NCBI GenBank assembly: GCA_027622795.1
Contig: JAQBZA010000001.1
Location: forward strand, 1 to 38,994
Source: Planctomycetota bacterium
GTDB lineage: Bacteria; Planctomycetota; Planctomycetia; Pirellulales; UBA1268
DNA length: 38,994 bases
Reading direction: 5' to 3'
A program made the position numbers and the translations under genes. Of the stretch, positions 8,558 to 15,457 are shown piece after piece. Positions within the stretch are counted from its first letter, which is position 1, and every line of letters begins with the position of its first letter. The notes under the pieces are model-generated. The model was not told the DNA's origin and did no database searches. It saw only the letters and a list, made by a program, of their open reading frames with translations.

Positions 8558-9886
8558 ATGAAACGAATGCCCTTGGAGTCGGAAAATGTGATCCTGTGTA
8601 ACGCGTTGCCCGCTTCGGAGGAGCCGCGCGTGATTATCTCGGGGTCGCGACGCCATGTGCTGGCCGCTGCAGGCGGGCTTGGGGTGTCGTTCATGCTCCC
8701 CTCCCTGCGCGCACGAGCAGCGGCCCGGCGGGGCCGTGAGCGGCCGCGGTCACTCATCACGCTCTGGCTGGCGGGAGGCCCGAGCCAACTGGAGACGTGG
8801 GATCCACATCCGGGAACAGCCATTGGCGGCCCCACGCGGGCCATTTCCACGACCATTCCAGGCCTTCAGATCGCCAGCGACTACCCACGAGTGGCGGAGC
8901 GGCTGGGGAGATTCTCCGTCATTCGTTCCCTTGTCTCACGTGAGGGAGACCATCAACGCGGCACTCACGCCGTCCGTACTGGCTACCGCCCCGATCCCGT
9001 GCTTTCCTATCCGGCCCTCGGCGCTCTGCTGGCCCATCAATCGCCTCCAACTGGGCTCGATATTCCAGCCTATGTGGCATTGGGGGCCGACGCCTTTCCC
9101 GGCCGTGGCGGCTACCTTGGCGGCCGCTTCGATCCCTATCGCGTGTTCGTACCCGGATTCGCTGGCCAGAATCTGGTGCCACACACCAACGGTCCACGGC
9201 AGGATCGGCGACTGACGGCCCTGCGTGGTCTCGATATGCACTTCGCAGCGAGCCGTGGCGTCCCCGTTGCCGCCACGCTCCACGACCATACGCTCGAAGC
9301 GGCGCTTGCAATGATGTCGAGCGAACAACTCGCGGCCTTCTCGGTTGTGGCAGAACCGGCCGCGGTACGGTCAGCCTACGGGGAGACTTCGTTTGGTCGT
9401 GGCTGCCTTGTCGCGCGGCGGCTCGTCGAAGCTGGAGTGCGGAGCATTGATGTCACGCTGCAGGGCTTCGATACCCATGCGGCAAACTTCACAAGCCATG
9501 CGGCGCAGGCGACGATTCTCGATGGCGCTTTGGCGGCACTCATCGACGATCTCGCCGATCGTGATCTCCTCGAATCTACCGTCGTGCTTGTGACGGGAGA
9601 GTTTGGTCGTACACCGCAGATCAACCCGCTCGAGGGCCGTGACCACTGGCCACATGGATTTTCCTGTTTGCTTGCCGGGGGGGGAATCGCGTCGGGGCGC
9701 GTCATTGGAGCCACCGATCCCGAGGGAAGGTTGCGGGAGCCTGAGCATCCCGTAACCGTTGCGGACCTGTCGGCTACGGTGCTCGCAGCCCTGGGCATCG
9801 ATTGGCAACGCGAACTGATGACCCCACTCGGCAGACCGGTGAAGCTCGCGGATGGCACACCGGTCGTGGGATTGATTTCCGGATGA
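8558..9886 (+). CDS. DUF1501 domain protein (sulfatase-fold) with Tat-type signal
   Basis: SRRHVLAAAGGLGVSFMLPSLRARA twin-arginine-like signal. LWLAGGPSQLETWDPHPG, SLVSREGDHQRGTH and TGEFGRTPQINPLEGRDHWPHGFSCLLAGGG are hallmark DUF1501 blocks. Start at ATG 8558, 13 nt after the upstream stop codon. Confidence 0.85.
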   Translation: MKRMPLESENVILCNALPASEEPRVIISGSRRHVLAAAGGLGVSFMLPSLRARAAARRGRERPRSLITLWLAGGPSQLETWDPHPGTAIGGPTRAISTTIPGLQIASDYPRVAERLGRFSVIRSLVSREGDHQRGTHAVRTGYRPDPVLSYPALGALLAHQSPPTGLDIPAYVALGADAFPGRGGYLGGRFDPYRVFVPGFAGQNLVPHTNGPRQDRRLTALRGLDMHFAASRGVPVAATLHDHTLEAALAMMSSEQLAAFSVVAEPAAVRSAYGETSFGRGCLVARRLVEAGVRSIDVTLQGFDTHAANFTSHAAQATILDGALAALIDDLADRDLLESTVVLVTGEFGRTPQINPLEGRDHWPHGFSCLLAGGGIASGRVIGATDPEGRLREPEHPVTVADLSATVLAALGIDWQRELMTPLGRPVKLADGTPVVGLISG

Positions 9887-10161
9887 CGCAAGACTTTTTC
9901 GGGTGATTGCGGCCAGCGGCAGGGGCGTATTGTTGCGGTCGAGGTTCCTCGGGAGGCCTACTCGGATGGATCCGCCGCGGCATTGATGCGGATGGTAAAT
10001 CACTGGCTTGCGGTAGCCAATGAGATGCGGTCAACGAGCGGTGGAATGTTTTTGCCGCATTCCCGCGGCTCATTGCCCACCAGCCGCCGGTAGCGGTAGA
10101 GTGCCGAATCTGGGACGGAGGTGTTCCCGCCGAATGTGCAAATCGCTGGGAGGGATCGGAA

Positions 10162-11121
10162 ATGCCTGATGACATGGCAACGAACGTGTCACCTGCCACT
10201 CGTGCGGCGAATGCGGCACTGATGATGAGTGCCGCACTTCGCTTGGGCGTGGGCCTCCCGTCGGGTGTGGAACAACAGTCGGCCGAGGCACTCGATGCGG
10301 TCGCGTCATCACTCCGTCAAGGTGATGGACATGCCCCGGCTTCCACGATTGATGCTCTCGTTACCACGGTGCCTGCACCCGCTCGCGGTATCATGCGGCT
10401 TGCCCTCGCGGTAGCCGACGTACGACGACTGCTTACAGTACTCGACCAGATCGTGGCCAGCGATCGGTGGAATCGCTGGGAAACGAGACTTGCCTTGGCC
10501 TACCCGACAGGCGTCTGCCTCGCGGCATTCGTTGGGATAGCTCTCGTTGCGCTGGTCAACGAGCCGTCCTTGAACGCACTTGCGGAGTCAACCGTGTTGC
10601 CCCAGGTGCCGTCGGCACCCGTGCCCCACCCGGTCTGGGAGGCCGTGTCTGTGCCGGCAGCGACGTCGGCGGGAGGGGTACTTCTCGGTGTTCTCGTCTG
10701 GTGGAGCCGAAGCGGTATCCGTGCCAAAGCGGCGCGCCAACGGGCTGCGGTTGCCTGCGAAGTCGAGGCAATCTTTACGGAAGTTGAGCTCGATCATCCT
10801 CGGCGAAAAAAGATTTTGGCTGATCTTGCGGCTGGAGAAGGCTCGGCGCTCGCCGGTCCGTTACAGCCACCGTTGGCTCTGGCCGTCGCGGCCTTTCCGT
10901 TGGCAGAACGGTCAGCAGCGCTCCGTGAAGTAGCAACTCTCTACCGCCACACAGCCGAAGCCGACAGAACGGCCAGACGGGCGCTGCTGCCGGCAGGAGC
11001 CAGTGTTGTGGCGGGGCTCGCCGTGCTGCTCTTCGGCATCGCGCTGTTTCTGCCGTTGGTGCAGTTCTTCAGTCGGATCGCAGCCATGCCGGCGGCCCCG
11101 CCATGGAGTCCTGGCCTATGA
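10162..11121 (+). CDS. GspF/PilC-like platform protein paralogue A (most degenerate of three)
   Basis: A GGGAGGG Shine-Dalgarno-like element sits 7 nt before the ATG. It shares with the next two ORFs the segment 'ALAYP + TM helix + x-P' (RLALAYPTGVCLAAFVGIALVALVNEPSLNAL). It also shares a terminal TM helix (LLFGIALFLPLVQFFSRI), which is the layout of T2SS-F family proteins. Confidence 0.45.
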   Translation: MPDDMATNVSPATRAANAALMMSAALRLGVGLPSGVEQQSAEALDAVASSLRQGDGHAPASTIDALVTTVPAPARGIMRLALAVADVRRLLTVLDQIVASDRWNRWETRLALAYPTGVCLAAFVGIALVALVNEPSLNALAESTVLPQVPSAPVPHPVWEAVSVPAATSAGGVLLGVLVWWSRSGIRAKAARQRAAVACEVEAIFTEVELDHPRRKKILADLAAGEGSALAGPLQPPLALAVAAFPLAERSAALREVATLYRHTAEADRTARRALLPAGASVVAGLAVLLFGIALFLPLVQFFSRIAAMPAAPPWSPGL

Positions 11122-12011
11122 CATCGTTACTATCGTCATATGTGCTGCAAGCCATCAGTCGACATCACAGCGCGGCGCGGCTCGTCAGGGCACTTGCTGA
11201 GGACATGCCCGCCGCCCGGGGACGACCTTGGCAAGCGATCGCAGATGCACTCGATTCAAACGATGTCGATATGGCAAAACGGATCGACGCTCCAGATGCT
11301 CAGTATTGGCTTCCACTGATCGCAAGCCGCCGGAATGACCCGCAGATGCTGTCGCGTCTGGTGCGGGCGGCTGGCCAACGGATGCAACAAGCCTCTGGAG
11401 GCTGGGCAGCACTGGCTTATCCGTTGGTCATTGTCGGATTTTCCATCGTAGTGATGATCATTCTCTCGGTACTCGTCATGCCGGTTTTTTCCGACATGTT
11501 CACTGACTTTGGCCTCGAACTCCCGGCGGCCACAAGGGCCGTGATTGGTTTCATGGGGTTTCTGGCCACGGGCTGGGGCCCCCTGCTCGTGGCGCTGGGC
11601 GTGATTGCAGTGGGCCGCTGGATCCTTATTACCCGATCACCCCGCGGCCCCGGCATAGCTGAAGGGTTCACGCGCAACCTGGCAATGCTTGCCGAAGCCG
11701 GCCTCCCTCAGCAAGACGCCATCGCGCTTGCGGCTACCGCAGTCGGAGTGCCTCCGGCAGCCGCAGCATCCGGGAACCGTCACAGACCGATTGAGGTCGT
11801 TGTCGACATGGCACTTCATCATGAAGCAAAAGCATCCGCAATTCTGCTGTCAGCGATCGCCGACTGTCATGCGGATCGCGCCCGCAGCAGTCTGTGGTCC
11901 ACCCAGTGGCTGATCGGTCCGGTAGCCATTGGCGTGGTCGGACTTCTTGTGGGCCTGATCATGATTGCACTGTTTATGCCACTTGTCAGACTTGTTTCCG
12001 GACTCTCGTGA
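11118..12011 (+). CDS. GspF/PilC-like (T2SS-F family) platform protein paralogue B
   Basis: AALAYPLVIVGFSIVVMIILSVLVMPVFSDMFTDFGLELPAATRAV matches the canonical GspF/PilC block (YP-TM-vvP.F..mF...g..LP..T). Second domain is FTRNLAMLAEAGLPQQDAI and the terminal TM is LIMIALFMPLVRLVSGLS. Start placed at ATG 11118, which forms an ATGA overlap with the upstream stop codon. ATG 11103 is an alternative start. Confidence 0.75.
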   Translation: MTSLLSSYVLQAISRHHSAARLVRALAEDMPAARGRPWQAIADALDSNDVDMAKRIDAPDAQYWLPLIASRRNDPQMLSRLVRAAGQRMQQASGGWAALAYPLVIVGFSIVVMIILSVLVMPVFSDMFTDFGLELPAATRAVIGFMGFLATGWGPLLVALGVIAVGRWILITRSPRGPGIAEGFTRNLAMLAEAGLPQQDAIALAATAVGVPPAAAASGNRHRPIEVVVDMALHHEAKASAILLSAIADCHADRARSSLWSTQWLIGPVAIGVVGLLVGLIMIALFMPLVRLVSGLS

Positions 12012-12031
12012 TACCCCCGCCGGGTCGACGT

Positions 12032-13048
12032 ATGCAGCTGTTCTCAATCGTCACAAATGCATGGAATGCTTTGCCAAGCCGTGCCTGCAGCGCGACCGAA
12101 TCGATGTCGATTTTGCGAATTCTGGCCGCCTGCGCCCAGGCTCAGACCGCCATGCCGCCGATGCTTGCCGCTTGGGCCCGCTGCCAGCGTGCCGCACAGG
12201 CCAACCGCATCGACGCCATCGTCGACGAACTCACCCGGGGTGTTCCCTTGGATGCTGCACTCGCTGCCTCTGGCAGCGCGATGCGGGATGATCACCTCAT
12301 CGCCGCTCGTTTTGCCGCCAAAACCAACCTACTGCCACAGGTAATACCAGCAGTCGTGAATGTTACCAGCGGGCTATCCTGGCGGTACCGCTCAGCACTT
12401 GGATACCTCGCGGTGGTTCTCGTCATATTTCTGGGTGTTTCAGGCTTTCTGTCACTGCGAGTCATGCCTCTCTGGGCCCAGATTCTTCATGACTTTGATA
12501 TGGATGTCCCGTACAGCGCGATCGTTGCTCAAGCGATCTCACCGTACATCGTCGCCACCAACGCAGGCCTACCGATCCTCGTGCTAGGAGGATTTCTGCT
12601 CATAGCCTCACGTCGGCTAAGGAGATGGCTTGCCAGACCCTTTCAGGCTGGTGAGAGACGGGCCGCAGCCCTCGATCTCTTGGGGATCGCCCTCAGCGCC
12701 GGGCGGCCGCTCCCGGAAGTGGCTCACCTCCTGGCGGCATCTCAGCAGAGCGATCAGAGGTTGACGCAACGCCTGGAGGCCATCGCCACAGATGCCAGCG
12801 GCATGGCCCGCAGTGGGTTGCTACGACCCGTTGAACTCGAGCAATGGGAGCGGCTTTTGACTGTCGCCGACCAAGGCTGGCTTTTGCGGACGGCCGCTGC
12901 GCGACGACGGGAGCGAACACGACAGCGTTGGACACTCGCAGCCGAGTTGATCGTGCCGGTGGGTGTGGCCCTGATGGGCTCTCTCGTTTTGATCGAAGCA
13001 TTCGCGGTGCTTGGGCCGCTTCGCTACCTTGTGCAGACGCTTTCATGA
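12032..13048 (+). CDS. GspF/PilC-like platform protein paralogue C
   Basis: IDAIVDELTRGVPLDAALAASG (F-domain-like), RSALGYLAVVLVIFLGVSGFLSLRVMPLWAQILHDFDMDVPYSAIVA (same block as paralogue B), DLLGIALSAGRPLPEVAHLL (second domain), terminal TM ALMGSLVLIEAFAVLGPLRYLV. Start at ATG 12032, 20 nt after the upstream stop codon. Confidence 0.6.
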   Translation: MQLFSIVTNAWNALPSRACSATESMSILRILAACAQAQTAMPPMLAAWARCQRAAQANRIDAIVDELTRGVPLDAALAASGSAMRDDHLIAARFAAKTNLLPQVIPAVVNVTSGLSWRYRSALGYLAVVLVIFLGVSGFLSLRVMPLWAQILHDFDMDVPYSAIVAQAISPYIVATNAGLPILVLGGFLLIASRRLRRWLARPFQAGERRAAALDLLGIALSAGRPLPEVAHLLAASQQSDQRLTQRLEAIATDASGMARSGLLRPVELEQWERLLTVADQGWLLRTAAARRRERTRQRWTLAAELIVPVGVALMGSLVLIEAFAVLGPLRYLVQTLS

Positions 13049-13482
13049 ACGTCCTGTGGCACAATCCTGTACGGCGTGGTATTTCGAGTATTGAAATGCT
13101 CGTCGCCTTCTCATTAGTACTTACCGCGATGGCTTCAACGGTGCCGCTGTTCGTTCGGCATCAGCGGTTGCTGGCCGAGTCCCGCAGGGAGCGATTGGCG
13201 ATCGAGGAACTGGCCAATCAGGCCCAGCGGCTTCTCTCGCTCGAGCCGGACGAGGTGGATCGGTTTCTGGAGACACTGACACCGTCTGAGATTGCCCGCC
13301 GCCACCTCAACGATGCGGTCATCCACTTCGAAACGAGGGCCTCCGAACTCGGTGAGCGGGTCGTGCTTTCACTTCGCTGGAAGGACACAGGACGACGAAA
13401 TGCCCCCCTTCTGCTGGCCGTCTGGCTACCACCCCGGGGCGCCGTCAATGCTGCCTTTTCCCCGCGGGAGTCGTCCCCCTGA
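13045..13482 (+). CDS. Small pseudopilin-like protein with prepilin-type N-terminus
   Basis: N-terminus MNVLWHNPVRRG|ISSIEMLVAFSLVLTAMAS: a basic leader, then Gly, Glu at +5, then a hydrophobic helix (class III signal layout). The ATG forms an ATGA overlap with the upstream stop codon. Confidence 0.6.
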   Translation: MNVLWHNPVRRGISSIEMLVAFSLVLTAMASTVPLFVRHQRLLAESRRERLAIEELANQAQRLLSLEPDEVDRFLETLTPSEIARRHLNDAVIHFETRASELGERVVLSLRWKDTGRRNAPLLLAVWLPPRGAVNAAFSPRESSP

Positions 13483-14093
13483 TGGCGCACACGCCTTTCT
13501 CACCGCCACCCGCCGCCAGAATGCCTTACGCCGGCATGAGGCGTGGCGCTTCGCTCGCCGAGTTGCTGGCTGTGATGGCATCGCTCGGGGTGGTGCTGAG
13601 CGTAGCCGCGGGATTGGTGCATACCGCCATGCGGCTGCAATCGACCTCCCGACAAGACCTCGAGCGCGACCGCACAGCAATGCGTCTTGCACGTCAGTTT
13701 CGACATGATGTGCGACAGGCAGAAGCCGTGACCACCGTATCCGTAGTAACCGGAGACGACGATGGAGTCACTTCTCCGGAAACACTCGTCGAGTTTTCCC
13801 TCACCGCAAAGATGAACGTCAGGTACCAAGCAAGTCTTCAGCAACTCACGCGACAGGCCACAGCAAACGGGCGAACGACACGGGAAGACTACTTTTTTGC
13901 GTCGCCGATGCAGTGGAACGTGACGCCAACGGATCGATGCATCGTCCTCAACGGCCGTGCCTTGACCCGTAACCCAGCGCGAGGCCACCCGCTTCGGCCA
14001 CTCGACGTCGAGATTGTAGCCGTGACCACTGGTGCACAGATCAAGGAAACCAAATCACCGCCCAGCAACCGCGCCACCAAGAGGGCACCATGA
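13482..14093 (+). CDS. Pseudopilin-like protein with prepilin-type N-terminus
   Basis: MRRG|ASLAELLAVMASLGVVLSVAAGLV with Glu at +5. The start overlaps the upstream stop codon by 1 nt (TGATG). Confidence 0.6.
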   Translation: MAHTPFSPPPAARMPYAGMRRGASLAELLAVMASLGVVLSVAAGLVHTAMRLQSTSRQDLERDRTAMRLARQFRHDVRQAEAVTTVSVVTGDDDGVTSPETLVEFSLTAKMNVRYQASLQQLTRQATANGRTTREDYFFASPMQWNVTPTDRCIVLNGRALTRNPARGHPLRPLDVEIVAVTTGAQIKETKSPPSNRATKRAP

Positions 14094-14578
14094 TGGCTAG
14101 GCAGAAGCACATGGTCGCTCGTCAGGGCATCGCGATCGTCATCGTGATCGGCTGTCTGGCAGCATTTTCACTGGTTGCACTTGCAATGCTCCGTGGAGCC
14201 GTGCTCACACGGCATGTATTTCGAAGTGAACACCATCTGCGACAGGCAGAGCTGCTGCTCGACGCGGCTGCCACGCGCACGGCGGCACGACTCGCAGCAG
14301 ATGCATCCGCCGCCCCCAACTCCCTCGACGAAAATTTGGTGATCCCTGCTGACGCAATCACTGGCAGACACGATGCGCGCATCATGATCGATGTCTCACC
14401 CGGAGATGGAGAGGAAAATCCATCGGCATCAGGTTCATCACGCTGGCGCGTGCGGATTGTCGTCTATTATCCGATCGACGGCCCGCATGCCGTCCGCCGA
14501 ACACGCGAAGTGTTGCTCCCTGCGCCCAATCCCAAACGACAAGCCGCCCGACACCATTTTCAGGAGACTGCGTCATGA
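14090..14578 (+). CDS. GspK/PilX-like minor pseudopilin candidate (no Glu at +5)
   Basis: MMARQKHMVARQG|IAIVIVIGCLAAFSLVALAML: a basic leader, Gly, then a hydrophobic helix with Ile at +5, as in Glu-less minor pseudopilins. ATGA overlap with the upstream stop codon. Confidence 0.5.
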   Translation: MMARQKHMVARQGIAIVIVIGCLAAFSLVALAMLRGAVLTRHVFRSEHHLRQAELLLDAAATRTAARLAADASAAPNSLDENLVIPADAITGRHDARIMIDVSPGDGEENPSASGSSRWRVRIVVYYPIDGPHAVRRTREVLLPAPNPKRQAARHHFQETAS

Positions 14579-15453
14579 CATTCCACGGCCGCATCAGCAA
14601 CCCGTTCAATCGCCACCAGGGTTTCACTCTTGTTGAATTGCTCGTGGTGATCGCCATCATCGGGGTTCTCGTAGGCCTCCTCCTGCCGGCTGTCCAGGCG
14701 GCTCGAGAGGCCGCTCGTCGCTGTAGTTGTGCGAACAATGTGACGCAGATCGGGCTTGCCCTCCATAACCACGAGTTTCACCTGGAAAGCTTCCCCGCAG
14801 GTGTGACCGATCCGGACGGCCCTGTTCGGAACATTGAGGAGGGAATGCATGTGAGTTGGATCGTCCGAATTCTTCCCTACCTGGAACAAACGGCACTCAG
14901 CCGTAACTTCGATGAGGCAGAGGGAGCGTATGGTGCGGTCAATCGTCCTGTCCGCGAGGCATGGATTTCATCTCTCATCTGTCCTTCATCACCTGAACCG
15001 GGACGCCCCGACTCAGAGATCGGTGGCATCGGTCACACAACATATGCCGGCTGCCACCATGAGGCTGAGGCTCCGATCGATGAAAATAACCATGGGGTTC
15101 TTTTTCTCAACAGCAGCATCACATTCAGCGATATCGAAGATGGCAGTTCGAACACCCTGTTGATTGGGGAGCACTTTCTCGGGGTTCGTGACCTTGGTTG
15201 GGTCTCTGGCACCCGTTCAACGCTTCGCAACACGTCACAGATCGAAGAGCCGCAGCAAAACCGTACTCCCGAGCAACCAGCACCCGACCCGCTCTTCGTG
15301 GGCGGCTTCGGCAGCTATCATCCCGGAATGTCGATGATTGGCATGGCTGACGGCTCGACTCGAGCGCTTGCCAACACCATGTCGCCCGCCATACTTCGCC
15401 AACTTGGTAACCGCAGTGACGGTGAGATTCCCAAGCAGAACACGCGGGAGTAG
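14575..15453 (+). CDS. DUF1559 'H-X9-DG' protein with canonical prepilin-type cleavage/methylation N-terminus
   Basis: RHQG|FTLVELLVVIAIIGVLVGLLLPAVQAAREAARRCSCANNVTQIGLALHNHE is the stereotyped planctomycete DUF1559 N-terminus. The C-terminal SYHPGMSMIGMADGS fits H-X9-DG. ATGA overlap with the upstream stop codon. Confidence 0.9.
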   Translation: MTFHGRISNPFNRHQGFTLVELLVVIAIIGVLVGLLLPAVQAAREAARRCSCANNVTQIGLALHNHEFHLESFPAGVTDPDGPVRNIEEGMHVSWIVRILPYLEQTALSRNFDEAEGAYGAVNRPVREAWISSLICPSSPEPGRPDSEIGGIGHTTYAGCHHEAEAPIDENNHGVLFLNSSITFSDIEDGSSNTLLIGEHFLGVRDLGWVSGTRSTLRNTSQIEEPQQNRTPEQPAPDPLFVGGFGSYHPGMSMIGMADGSTRALANTMSPAILRQLGNRSDGEIPKQNTRE

Positions 15454-15457
15454 ATCC

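Noticed and set aside
10073-10102. Sigma-70-like promoter guess upstream of the pseudopilus operon: TTGCCC, 18 nt spacer, TAGAGT.
   Set aside because: Only 4/6 matches in each hexamer with a non-optimal spacer, and planctomycete promoter consensus is poorly known. This is too weak to annotate.
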